A stretch of 25,860 nucleotides of DNA from Octopus sinensis (lineage: Eukaryota): contig NW_021836003.1 in the NCBI RefSeq assembly GCF_006345805.1, positions 1 to 25,860 of the forward strand, given 5' to 3'. The position numbers and the translations under genes were made by a program. Below the pieces are notes generated by a model, which was not told the DNA's origin, made no database searches, and worked only from the letters and a program-made list of their open reading frames with translations. Numbering within the stretch: position 1 is the stretch's first letter; each line of letters opens with the position of its first letter. Shown here piece after piece: positions 1 to 11,700 of this stretch.

Positions 1-373
1 TGGACACCCTGCGGGATGTCTTAAGGCTGTATCATGAATGTCTTAAGGCTGTATCATGCGCGGGGACATAGAAATAATCGGACTGAATACCCGATCGCGC
101 GGTTAAACCATTGGGAGTGAAGGACTCCTAGCCTTTGTTAGGGCATCCTTCTAGGAGAAGGTTACTCAGGTAACTGAGATAACTCCGACATAAAACCTGC
201 GGCTCAGTGGTTACCGATGATGTTGACTTATTCTTCTTTTCGGATTATGGCTGCTGTTGCTTAGTGAGTGGGATTGACTCAGTGCACAGCCTTTCCTCAC
301 TTTAAAGAAAAATCTTCTTGCACAGGCATTGCACGATAACAACATTGATTAAGCTTCGTGCAATGGCCATACT
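1..373 (+). mobile_element. Partial copy of dispersed repeat (probable non-autonomous RTE-derived element)
   Basis: Near-identical to about 16485-16896; runs off the window start and lacks the 3' end seen in the second copy. Confidence 0.6.
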
Positions 374-1304
374 ATTTTTCAATTCAAACATATACGATTA
401 TTATCCTTCGTTGACAAAATCTGTCCTGAAATACGCTTGAGACAATATTTCATGCTCACAGGTCCAATCGCTTCTTTCGAATTCGCTGAATCCTTTCACG
501 TGAATGTGGGAGTCAAGGACTCTGCAGAAATAAGTCACAAAGTGGGCCTATTTATATTAAAATCGTTGCACACGGGATTCCATTTTGTATCCAGCTATTT
601 ATACAGCGTCGACAACTTCCACAAATTCTTTAAAGAATTAGGGTTTACAAACACAATGAGGACCAACCAAAAGTAATTGTTTCTTTTAAGATGTCACCTT
701 TTAATTATTTAGATCGATACATTGTCCCTTTAAAAACCAACAGAAAAATTACTATTCATACAACATCTACACAATTACAATATATATACACACGTTATCG
801 AACCACTCAAAAGCCATAATTAGAAATAAATTCCAGAAAGTATTCGAATATCTTTGAATGAAGAGATTATCATATACAAGTCGGAATACTACCAGAAAGC
901 TCTAAGATGAAATGGATTTACAGAAGGAATAAAATACCATCAAAACATCCAGAATCTGCCGACTTAACAAAGAGAAAGAAAAGCAGGGTGGTATAATCTA
1001 TCCTACAATATACAGGTCATAACATGCATTACTAAAACATTTTTAAACTTATACATAAGTATATCTTAAATTTCTCAACCAAAATAATATAATAATATAA
1101 AAATATTCTCCTCGGTTTCCAAGAGTTTCTGCACAATGAGCCACAATGTCCACTAAATTTGCTGCAGGTCAACTAAACTACGTCTAATCGCAACTGCTTT
1201 ATTAGAAAATATTGCCCATTAAAATGAAATGTAGTTAATACTAACCCATCAGCCTTCCAAATTTATTTTTTTTCTTTCAAACTGCCATTTCTTTTTAAAA
1301 TCAA

Positions 1305-1610
1305 CTAGCAGTATCGCCCGGCGTTGCTCGGGTTTGTAAGGGAAATAACTATATAAGCATTTTTAGAGAGTTACTTCCCTTATATAAACCGAGCAAAATA
1401 TGCATTAAAAAACGAAAAAATGATGGTAATTTTTTTTAAATCGTAGACTCATCGTAGACGCGCGCTAATACCCAGAAAGGCTCGATATGAATCACGACTA
1501 TAAGATACCCGCTTTTAGTTAAACTGCACCACAAAATGTGGGAGTAGTTAGGAATCTAAATCGGAGGAGACAGACTCTCACACACACAACTTCAGTTTTA
1601 TATATAAAGA
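1305..1610 (-). mobile_element. Non-autonomous Helitron, family H1
   Basis: On the minus strand starts TC and ends CTAG with a subterminal CCCG..CGGG hairpin, sits between A and T, no TSD; reverse complement of 4092-4398. Confidence 0.8.
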
Positions 1611-1705
1611 TGTAACAACACAAACACTCTTTTAGTAGCCGTAATAAGAAAACTGATAAGTTTTTGTCATTAAACATAAAATTCCTTTCAAAAAAGTTCT
1701 AGTGA

Positions 1706-1759
1706 TGGGGACGTAAACACACCAGCATCGGTTGTCAAGCAATGATAGAGGGACAAACA

Positions 1760-1811
<52 letters not shown>

Positions 1812-1980
1812 CATATACGACAGGCTCCTTTCAGTTTCCGTCTACCAAATCCACTCACAAGGCATTGGTCGGCCCGGGGCTATAGCAGAAGACACTTGCC
1901 CAAGATGCCACGCAGTGGGACTGAACCCGGAACAATGTGGTTGGTTAGCAAGCTACTTACCACACAGCCACTCCTGTGCC
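1706..1980 (-). mobile_element. tRNA-derived CORE-type SINE family A, 3' truncated
   Basis: Head with A box TGGCTGTGTGG, B box GGTTCAGTCCC, CORE-like CTTGGGCAAGT, internal (TA)/(CA) tract. Confidence 0.85.
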
Positions 1981-2012
1981 TATATGTCAATTCTTCTATA
2001 TCTACTCTGAAA

Positions 2013-2229
2013 TACTCCTTACTCTTTTACTTGTTTCAGTCATTTGACTGTGGCCATGGTGGAGCACCGCCTTTAGTCGAGCAAATCGACCCCAGGACTC
2101 ATTCTTTGTAAGCCAGGTACTTATTCTGTCGGTTTCTTTTGCCGAACCGCTAAGTTACGGGGACGTAAACACACCAGCATCGGTTGTCAAGCGATGTTGG
2201 TGGGTACAAACACAGACACACAAACATAT

Positions 2230-2267
<38 letters not shown>

Positions 2268-2441
2268 TATACAAATATACGACAGGCTTCTTTCAGTTTC
2301 CGTCTGCCAAGTCCACTCGCAAGGCTAGGTCGGCCCGAGACTATAGCAGAAGACACTTGCCCAAGGTGCCACGCAGTGGGACTGAACCCGGAACCATGTG
2401 GTTCGTAAGCAAGCTACTTACCACTCAGCCACTCCTACGCC
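2013..2441 (-). mobile_element. SINE family A, full length
   Basis: Same head and body plus tail GGTGCTCCA..ATGGCC..CAGTCAAATGACTGAAACAAGTAAAAGAGTA. Confidence 0.85.
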
Positions 2442-2511
2442 TACTATTTCATAATTTAATTATATGTACAAGTAAGTATCCGATTATTTTAATGAATTTT
2501 TTTCTTTTTTT

Positions 2512-2766
2512 TTTTTACTTGTTTCAGTCATTTGACTGCGGCCATGCTGGAGCACTGCCTTTTTAGTCGAACAAATCGACCCCGGGACTTATTCTTTGTA
2601 AGCCCAGTACTTATTCTATCGGTCACTTTTGCCGAACCGCTAAGTAACGGGGACATAAACACACCAGCATCGGTTGTCAAGCAATGCTAGGGGGACAAAC
2701 CACACACACACCAAACACACACACACACATATATTATAATATTATATATATATATAATATATATAT

Positions 2767-2804
<38 letters not shown>

Positions 2805-2981
2805 TATATACATATATACGACGGGCTTCTTTCAGTTTCCGTCTACCAAATCCACTCACAAGGCTTTGGTCGACTCGAGGCTATAGTAGAAGACACTTGC
2901 CCAAGATGCCACGCAGTGGGTTCTGAACCCGGAACCATGTGGTTGGTTAGCAAGCTACTTACCACACAGCCACTCCTGCGC
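2512..2981 (-). mobile_element. SINE family A, full length
   Basis: Homologous to other copies; expanded internal (TA)n. Confidence 0.85.
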
Positions 2982-3349
2982 GTCAAATAAAACGTGTCAG
3001 CTTGCATAAAATGGTTACAATTACATATCCGTTTAATTATTCGAGAGACTTTTTTTTAATGATATAAAACCACCCTTTCATTTTACTCAGGTACGAATAT
3101 TTGTTTGAGATAATGCGTTTGTACACTTGACGTACTGACGTGTATAAAGAAATGTGTTTATATGAGAATATATGTAAGTTTTTAATACGGATGTTCAATT
3201 CACTATATTTAACTACAAGCGTACCTATTCTGTGCAGCGGCAGACATGAAGTCATTAAATTCCAAGTTGGTATTAGTCGTTTGTTATGTGTGTTTGTGTG
3301 TGTGTGTGTGTGTGTATAAATATGTATACGAACATGTATACATGAAACA

Positions 3350-3445
3350 ATGTTTATACATATACACATATATATAATATACACATATATAATTTAATTA
3401 TATATATATGTATATATATTTATGTATATATATATATGTGTGGTA

Positions 3446-3501
<56 letters not shown>

Positions 3502-3586
3502 GTATGTATATATATATGCATATATATATATATACGCACACATACACAGACATGAAGGAATGCCTGTACATGCATACTTATACGTG

Positions 3587-3617
<31 letters not shown>

Positions 3618-3735
3618 TCATGCATATATATCAGATACATAATTCATATATATGTATATCTCTGCTTGTGTGTGTGTGTGTGTGTGCGTGCGCTCACGTG
3701 TAATTATGTAAACGTATCTATATATATATATATAT
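3350..3735. repeat. Compound (TA)n/(TG)n microsatellite region
   Basis: Direct inspection. Confidence 0.9.
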
Positions 3736-4091
3736 TCATTTTGTTATATTTGAATTATATTTTTATTTTTATTTTAGTTTAAATTCTTATCAGTTTTTTT
3801 CTTAACCGTATTCGTGGATTTTGACCTTGAAGCCTTAAACTTTAATGTTGTTTTCTTTATCTTATACGCTTTTCGCATTTAACGTGTAAAGAAAGACCTC
3901 CCATTCTTGTCAAAATCGCCGTGTTAAGAATTCTGAAACCCTTTCTACTCACCATGCACTTCTCCATATCTTGTAACAAGTGACTAGCAGGCAGAAACAA
4001 ACACACACACACACTCTAGTGTGAGTATGTGGTTTGTGGGGTCGACCGCGTCCTCCGCTTCATTTTTTGTAAATCGCTCATTCTCATTTAA

Positions 4092-4398
4092 TCTTTATAT
4101 ATAAAAGTGAAGTTGTGTGTGTGTCTGTCTCCTACGATTTAGATTCCTAACTACCCCCACATTTTGCGGTGCAGTTTAACCAAGAGCGGGTATCTTATAG
4201 TCGTGATTCATATCGATCCCTTCTGGGTATTAGCGCGCGTCTACGATGAGTCTACGATTTAAAAAAAAATTTACCATCATTTTTTTCCCATTTTTAATGC
4301 ATTTTTTACTCGGTTTTATATAAGGGAAGTAACTCTCTAAAAATGCTTATATAGTTATTTCCCTTACAAACCCGAGCAACGCCGGGCGATACTGCTAG
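4092..4398 (+). mobile_element. Non-autonomous Helitron, family H1
   Basis: A|TCTTTATATATAAAAG ... CCCGAGCAACGCCGGG hairpin ... CTAG|T. Confidence 0.85.
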
Positions 4399-4527
4399 TT
4401 GTATATATTTTAATTGTTTGTTTATTCATACATTTCGTCTCATTCGATACCCTGACCCCAACGTTTGTTTTGTCTGTCCTCCTATCGTCCCCCCTTTTTC
4501 TCAACCTTATGGTAAATAAAGAAATTT

Positions 4528-4547
4528 TCTCTCTTTCTCTCTTCCTC

Positions 4548-4578
<31 letters not shown>

Positions 4579-4584
4579 CTCTCT
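4528..4584. repeat. (CT)n microsatellite
   Basis: Direct inspection. Confidence 0.9.
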
Positions 4585-4830
4585 AGCTCACCTTCCTCAC
4601 TACGGCTATTTACCCCTTTCAACTTTAAATAACTATAAGGTTTCAATTATGGATATACCCATATACCCATATACCCAAACACTAATAAGATCTTATTTTA
4701 CAAAACATTTAATCTACTTCTATTTATAGACTCTAAAATTCTCGTTGCAAATATTTAAATATTTAAATGTTCTTCTCTGACATGAGGTTGTCTCGACATT
4801 TTAATATATATATTAATCAAAGAATATTGT

Positions 4831-5074
4831 ATTATAGACCCTTTTCGACCAATCTTTACAAACAGTTTTGCACAGGGTATTAGATAATCTAATATTAGAT
4901 GCCAGCACTGTTAAGTAACACTACGTGCTCTTCAGAGATGGGAAGTATGGAAAAAAATTTGGCACCATCTCTGCAGAGTACATTGTCTTACATAACCGTA
5001 CTGCTATCTAATATCGGTTATCTAATACCTAATGCGAAACCAAATGCTAAGATTGACTGAAATAGATCTATAAT
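4831..5074. repeat. Diverged long inverted repeat (about 110-bp arms, 23-nt loop)
   Basis: 4831-4941 aligns with the reverse complement of 4965-5074, e.g. GGTATTAGATAA/TTATCTAATACC and CAGAGATGG/CCATCTCTG. Confidence 0.85.
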
Positions 5075-5167
5075 GTTGTATATTTTAATTAATATACCCA
5101 CTATATAGTGGGTATATTACGAGTGCACATTTTTTGTGACATAGACTTTTTAAATTATATATATATA

Positions 5168-5467
5168 TCACGTGATCACGTGACCGACCAGGCTATCAGA
5201 TGCTGCTACACATCGCTGGTCACAATGCGCTTCGCATTGATTTAGCCTTCAAATGACGCCACCCCGCTGGCTAAGCGAGCAGGCCAACAGAAGAAAGAGT
5301 GTGAGAAAGTTGTTGCGAAAGAATACAGCAGGGATCGTCACCACCCCCTGCCGGAGCCTCGTGGAGCTTTTAGGTGTTTTCGCTCAATAAACACTCGCAA
5401 CGCCCGGTCTGGGAATCGAAACCGCCACCCTACGACCGCGAGTCCGCTGCCTTAACCACTGGGCCAT
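5168..5467 (-). mobile_element. tRNA-derived SINE family B
   Basis: Minus strand TGGCCCAGTGGTTAAGG..GGACTCGCGGTC..GGTTTCGATTCCC head; head and body shared with 15590-15885. Confidence 0.8.
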
Positions 5468-5470
5468 ATT

Positions 5471-5546
<76 letters not shown>

Positions 5547-5571
5547 CATATACAAATATATACTTGAATAT

Positions 5572-5969
5572 AGGAGGAGTGGCTGTGTGGTAAGTAGCTT
5601 GCTTATCAACCACATTGTTCCGGGTTCAGTCCCACTGCGTGACATCTTGGGCAAGTGTCTTCTACTATAGCCTCGGGCCGACCAATGCCTTGTGTGTGGA
5701 TTTGGTAGACGGAAACTGAAAGAAGCCTGTCGTATATATGTATGTATATATATGTATGTGTATGTGTGTGTGTTTGTCCCCCTACCATTGCTTGACAACC
5801 GATGCTGGTGTGTTTACGTCCCCGTCACTTAGCGGTTCGGCAAAAGAGACCGATAGAATAAGTACTGGGCTTACCAAAGAATAAGTCCCGGGGTCGATTT
5901 GTTCGACTAAAAAGGCGGTGCTCCAGCATGGCCGCAGTCAAATGACTGAAACAAGTAAAAGAGTAAAGA

Positions 5970-5972
<3 letters not shown>
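5572..5972 (+). mobile_element. SINE family A, full length
   Basis: Head-CORE-microsatellite-tail, ends AAAAGAGTAAAGAGTA. Confidence 0.85.
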
Positions 5973-6038
<66 letters not shown>

Positions 6039-6164
6039 AATGGAGGGAGTGGAACAGTTAAAATCTAGGCCAAATATTTTCGGGACCACTTTACTATGTC
6101 GTAGTAAAGTATCCCCAGCTTAGATGCAATGAAAATACTAATAATTGCTGCTGCTGAGATAAGC

Positions 6165-6290
6165 ACAAAGCCAGAAAAAATTTGGGAAGGGGTTAGTCGA
6201 CTAAATCAACCGGGTACCTGTCTCGTAATTTAGTTTATAAACTTTATAAAGGGTGAAAAACAAAGTTGACATCGGCAGCATTTAAACGTA
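6165..6290 (-). mobile_element. Degenerate SINE family D fragment
   Basis: Diverged reverse complement of the 10749-11700 unit (AGTCGACTAAATCAACC, AAAGTTGACATCGGC). Confidence 0.55.
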
Positions 6291-6644
6291 ATGAGAGGCA
6301 AAAGAAAAACTGTAAAACTGCTCAAATTGGATTCAGCCTGATCCAATGTCCTGCGTAGTGTTCTGCTGGATTACAGAGAGATAAGTAAGTTCTGTCGTTT
6401 AGCAACTTACTCTTTTACTTGTTTCAGTCATTTGACTGCGGCCATGCTGGAGCACCGCCGCCTCTTTAGTCGAGCAAATCGCCCCCCCCCCCAGGTGCTT
6501 TGTAAACTTAGCACGTATTCTATCGGTTTTTATTTTGCCGAACCGCTAAGTTACGGGACGTAAACACGCCAACATCAGTTGTCAAGCGGTGTTGGGGAGA
6601 CAAATACAGACACACAAACATATACACACATACATATAAATAAT

Positions 6645-6715
<71 letters not shown>

Positions 6716-6807
6716 TTAGAGACAAAACCACTATTATGCAAATCAAACAAGAAAGACTTAATCCAATACATAAAAAATTTTATATAAATTAAATAAAATT
6801 AAGTTAT

Positions 6808-6852
6808 CCACTACAATGTTTCTTGTCACTTCTAAGGACATTCATCAGGTGG
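6808..6852 (-). ncRNA. Minimal type-I hammerhead ribozyme motif (inverted copy)
   Basis: CCAC-CTGATGA-A-TGTC-loop-GACA-A-GAAA-CATTG-TA-GTGG on the minus strand; stem III one A shorter than in the plus copy. Confidence 0.7.
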
Positions 6853-6957
6853 TTTTCAGACCTTCTATTCAATTTTAAATTATGAAGTACTTACTTCATA
6901 ATTTAAAATTATGAAGTACTTACTTCATAATTTAAAATTGAATAGAAGGTCTGAAAA

Positions 6958-7003
6958 CCACCTGATGAATGTCCTTAGAAGTGACAAGAAACAATTGTAG
7001 TGG
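6958..7003 (+). ncRNA. Minimal type-I hammerhead ribozyme motif
   Basis: Stem I CCAC/GTGG; core CTGATGA (6962-6968); stem II TGTC/GACA; GAAA (6988-6991); palindromic stem III CAATTG; GUA triplet ending at 6999. Confidence 0.8.
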
Positions 7004-7187
7004 ATAACTTAATTTTATTTAATTTATATAAAAATTTTATGTATTGGATTAAGTCTTTCTTTGTTTGATTTGCATAATAGTGATTTTGTCTCGAATTAAT
7101 ATTATATAATATTTTACTATAAAATTGGATTTAATCCTAAATCTGATTTTTTTCCCTGTAATTTTGGATTTATTCCCTAATATTTAT

Positions 7188-7222
<35 letters not shown>

Positions 7223-7262
7223 TATATGTATATATATATAACAATATATATATATATATATA

Positions 7263-7320
<58 letters not shown>

Positions 7321-7625
7321 CGACGGGCTTCTTTCAGTTTCCGTCTACCAAATCCACTCACAAGGCTTTGGTCGGCCCGAGGCTATAGCAGAAGACACTT
7401 GCCCAAGGTGCCACGCAGTGGGACTGAACCCGGAACCTTGCGGTTGGTAAACAAGCTACTTACCACACAGCCACTCCTACGCCTATTTAACTTGCTGACT
7501 TAAGTACATTTCAAAGGAAGGGTCTGAATCGGAGGGTATTTCGGGGAAGGAGACATAAACGAATTCACATACACAATTTTCAGCGCGCCAGCGTTCTAAT
7601 AATTCATTTATTACTGTATAACAGA

Positions 7626-7638
7626 ATTATTATTATTA

Positions 7639-7694
<56 letters not shown>

Positions 7695-7883
7695 ATCATC
7701 ATCATCATTATTATTATTATCATTATTATTATTATTACCATTATCATTATTATTATCATTATCATCATTATTATTATTATCATTATTATTATCATTATTA
7801 TCATTATCATTATTATCATTATCATTATTATTATTATTATCATTATTATCATTATCATTATTATCATTATCATTATTATTATA

Positions 7884-7933
<50 letters not shown>

Positions 7934-7949
7934 CATCATTATTATTATT

Positions 7950-7999
<50 letters not shown>

Positions 8000-8073
8000 T
8001 TTCATCATCATCGTCATCATCATCATTATTATTATTATCATTATTATCATCATCATTATTATTATTATTATTA

Positions 8074-8116
<43 letters not shown>

Positions 8117-8143
8117 TTTCATCATCGTCATCATCGTCATCAT
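7626..8143. repeat. (ATT)n/(ATC)n compound trinucleotide repeat
   Basis: Direct inspection; source of the poly-Ile/Met ORF. Confidence 0.95.
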
Positions 8144-8252
8144 CTCAAGATGCCATTGCAAGTGAAGCCTTTAAATTGTCTGAAACAGCTGTAGTCTAAG
8201 ACAATGTTTTTGTTTTTTTTTATTTCAGATCGTATCGACTGGTTAAAGCGCA

Positions 8253-8405
8253 ATGGATTTCACCCCAACAAAAGAGTCTGAGCGCACAGTTTCGGTGGAA
8301 TACACGCCGCCAACACCTCCGTTAACGCCACAAAAACACAAACAACTGAACAGTTCTTTGAATGTGAAGTATCCTGTCATCTGTGCTTCTAGAAGCCAAG
8401 TCGAG
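8253..8405 (+). CDS. Coding exon 1 of uncharacterised S/P/T-rich protein (exon begins 8229; MDFTPTK...RSQVE)
   Basis: Acceptor tttcag at 8228 after a poly-T tract, in-frame TAA upstream of ATG 8253, donor GAG|gtgcgt, phase 0. Confidence 0.8.
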
Positions 8406-8420
8406 GTGCGTATGTCTCTC

Positions 8421-8813
8421 TTTACTCTTTTACTCTTTTATTTGTTTCAGTCATTTGACTGCGGCCATGCTGGAGCACCGCCTTTTAGTCGAGCAAATCG
8501 ACCCCGGGACTTATTCTTTGTAAGCCCAGTACTTATTCTATCGGTCTCTTTTGCCGAACCGCTAAGTAACGGGGACGCAAACACGCCAGCATCGGTTGTC
8601 AAGCAATGCTAGGGGGACAAACACACACACAAATATATATATACATATATACGACAGGCTTCTTTCAGTTTCCATCTACCAAATCCACTCACAAGGCTTG
8701 GTTGGCCCGAGGCTATAGTAGAAGACACTTTCCCAAGATGCCACGCAGTGGAATTGAACCCGGAACCATGTGGTTGGTCAGCAAGCTACTTACCACACAG
8801 CCACTCCTGCGCC
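8421..8813 (-). mobile_element. SINE family A, full length (intron 1)
   Basis: Homology to other copies. Confidence 0.85.
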
Positions 8814-9004
8814 TATATACATTTTTTTTGTTTATGGGCCCTTTTCAAGGCTCAGGTTCATGGGCCCGGTTTCCCGGTTTCTGTGGCGCATGTTTTTATT
8901 TTTGTCTTTTTTTAGTTTTTTTTTTTTTGCAAGGTGAAGAACATTAAGAGTATAAGGGGAATATATTTACTTTCATATTTCACCCACGGTTCGGTTTTGT
9001 GGTT

Positions 9005-9070
<66 letters not shown>
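9005..9070. repeat. (GATA)n microsatellite
   Basis: Direct inspection. Confidence 0.95.
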
Positions 9071-9240
9071 CATGTATAAATGTATTGTTAGAAACTCATG
9101 CAAAAATGTGAAAAAATGTTGATAAAGAAAACACATTTGTGTTTTCAAAGCGATGTATTGATATAAAAAACTGTTTGACATAGACATATCATAACACATA
9201 TATATATACATACATACATACATCCTATATAATATATAAT

Positions 9241-9275
<35 letters not shown>

Positions 9276-9279
9276 TATA

Positions 9280-9790
9280 ATAACAAATTAATAAATAAAA
9301 CATATGTATATATACATACATATATGTACGTACCTACATCTATATGTATATATTCATGCATATATGGGTACAGGACACCAAAAAAATGTCGAACACAATG
9401 AGAAACAAAAACATAAAAACAAAACCATGGAAATGGACATTTTTCTTAAACAACGAAAAAATAGAGTACAAGATATACAACACAAGGAAAATTCCCCTTC
9501 TTAAGCCGCCTCTGCTTCGTCTACTCCGTGTTTCGAAGATAAAGGCGAGACACGACTTCCTTGAAACAGTCCTTCCCGCAAAGCAAATTAAATAAAATTT
9601 GGGATTTTTTGCGGAGGGCAAAAGTGGTATCAAGAACAGGACAGTAAAAGCAATACAAATAAAAATAGTAAAAGACAGGACAAGGAGAATAACAGTAACA
9701 CAAACCGTTAGGGCTGTTAAGCCTGAACGAAAGGAAAAATTATTTTGAACGCTTTGAGAACGGCTTGAGAAAGAGACAGAAAAGGCCGTC
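9280..9790 (-). mobile_element. Probable Penelope-like terminal fragment adjoining (TA)n
   Basis: T-rich minus strand ending in a (TA)n tract like the other PLE-type fragments; only partial hammerhead-like words; single copy in the window. Confidence 0.35.
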
Positions 9791-9799
9791 TATTCTTTC

Positions 9800-10149
9800 T
9801 TTCTTTACTTGCTTCAGTCATTTGACTGCGGCCATGCTGGAGCACCGCCTTTAGTCAAGCAAATCGACCCCGGGACTTATTCTTTGTTTGCCCAGTACTT
9901 ATTCCATCGGTCTCTTTTGCCGAACCGCTAAGTGACGGGGACATAAACACACCAGCATTGGTTGTCAAGCAATGCTAGGGGGACAAACATAGACATACAC
10001 ACACACACATATATATATATACATATATACGACAGGCTTCTTTCAGTTTCCGTCTACCAAATCCACTCACAAGGCATTGGTCGGCCCGGGGCTATAGCAG
10101 AAGGCACTTGCCCAAGATTCCACGCAGTGGGATTGAACCCGGAACCATG
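9800..10149 (-). mobile_element. SINE family A, head truncated
   Basis: Homology to other copies. Confidence 0.85.
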
Positions 10150-10748
10150 ATATATATATATATATATATATATATTATTATATATATATAAATATATATA
10201 TATAATCATACATACACAAAGAACGAAAGAAAGAAAGAAAGATTACATATGCATATGTGCGATTGAGTGCAATGTCTTCTCTATCCTAGCTAGCTTTAAG
10301 GGTAACGTCTTCAGTTTCCTAATTCTTACCATCGTCACTGCCACCATCCACAACGACATTACCATTATCTTCGGCACCACCAGCATCATTCTCCTCATTA
10401 GTATCATCTTTATGCAACATCTTTACCTTTGTAATCGTCATTAGAACGGCTCACTTAGGTTACCCCGTTTATGTGTTCAAATCCCGGTAATTTATATTCA
10501 AGTTAAGGGACTCTGTGACATCAACTAATACGACAGGTAACGTTATCATTTACTTCGTTATTCTTACATCTATGAACGATTTTGTCTCAAGTTCCCTGGA
10601 GAATGATAAAATGAATACCAGTTATATACCAGGGAGGAATTTCATTCTAGCTAGAAAAACTAGTGGTTGGTACACGGGGATAAGCTTCGCGTATTCTAAA
10701 CCCAGAAGCATTGTCTATAAAGCTTCTCCCGATTGTTTAACTTGTTAA

Positions 10749-11700
10749 GGCGGCGAGCTGGCAGAAACGTTAGCACGCCGGGCGAAATGCTTAGCGGTAT
10801 TTCGTCTGCGTTACGTTGTGAGTTCAAATTCCGCCGAGGTCGACTTTGCCTTTCATCCTTTCGGGGTCGATAAATTAAGTACCAGTTACGCATTGGGGTC
10901 GATGTAATCGACTTAATACCTATGTCTGTCCTTGTTTGTCCCCTCTGTGTTTAGCCCCTTGTGGGTAATAAAGAAATAGAAATAGGTATTTCGTCTGCCG
11001 CTACGTTCTGAGTTCAACTTCCACCGAGGTCGACTTTGCCTTTCATCCTTTCGGGGTCGATTAAATAAGTACCAGTTACGCACTGGGGTCGATATAATCG
11101 ACTTAATCCGTTTGTCTGTCCCTGTTTGTCCTCTCTGGTTTTAGCCCCTTCTGAGTAGTAAAGAAATTGGTATATCGTCTTCTGTCTTAACGTTCTGAGT
11201 TGAAATTCCGCCGAGGTCGACTTTGCCTTTCATCCTTTCGGGGTCGATTAAATAAGTACCAGTTACGCACTGGGGTCGATATAATCGACTTAATCCGTTT
11301 GTCTGTCCTTGTTTGTAACTCTCTGGGTTTAACCCCTTCTGGGTAGTAAAGAAATTGGTATTTCGTCTGCCGTTACGTTCCGAGTTCAAATTCCGCCGAG
11401 GTCGACTTTGCCTTTCATCCTTTCGGGGTCGATAGATTAAGTACCAGTTACGCAATGGGGTCGATGTGATCGACTTAATCCGTTTGTCTGTCCTTGTTTG
11501 TCCCCTCTATGTTTAGCCCCTTTTGGGTAATAAAGAAATAAGAAACGCTAGTATACCGGGCAAAATGCTTAGCGGTAATTCGTCTGCCACTACGTTCTGA
11601 GTTCAAATTCCGCCGAGGTCGACTTTGCCTTTCATCCTTTCAGGGTCGATTAAATAAGTACCAGTTACGCGCTTGGGTCGATGTAATCGACTTAATCCCT
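10749..11700 (+). mobile_element. Tandem array of five units of tRNA-related SINE family D
   Basis: About 185-190-bp units, each with GAGTTCAAATTCC (B box-like) and GCCTTTCATCCTTTCGGGGTCGAT..AAGTACCAG. Confidence 0.85.

Larger units (their letters stand above)
6711..7190 (+). mobile_element. Penelope-like element terminal fragment with inverted partial copy (fold-back 6711-7100)
   Basis: Near-perfect inverted arms, a hammerhead motif in each arm, inserted in (TA)n; matches the described PLE pseudo-LTR architecture. Confidence 0.7.
6407..7483 (-). mobile_element. SINE family A split by a nested insertion in its internal (TA)n
   Basis: Tail half 6407-6640 and head half 7321-7483 are collinear and flank the 6711-7190 element. 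Confidence 0.8.

Noticed and set aside
437-676. 79-aa + ORF and a possible minus-strand exon near 460-522
   Set aside because: TTG start, no recognisable motif, no phase-consistent link to other exons
1732-2926. Recurrent ORFs such as DTCPRCHAVGLNP and MPKMPRSGTEPG
   Set aside because: Translations of SINE family A, not genes; the CxxC is incidental
5400-5467. tRNA-like sequences here and at 15590-15660
   Set aside because: SINE heads running into repeat bodies; no proper acceptor stem, so not called tRNA genes
6300-6390. GTAAGT at 6385 as an upstream non-coding exon donor
   Set aside because: Adjacent to degenerate SINE sequence, no supporting acceptor or promoter evidence
7604-8161. 185-aa poly-Ile/Met ORF
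   Set aside because: Translation of the (ATT/ATC)n microsatellite
9485-9580. Hammerhead-like words on the minus strand (GAAAC..GTA and CTTAAGA)
   Set aside because: Permuted order and I could not form stems I and II consistently
10749-11700. CRISPR-like or gene-array interpretation of the tandem units
   Set aside because: No unique spacers; whole units are homologous SINE copies in a eukaryotic intron
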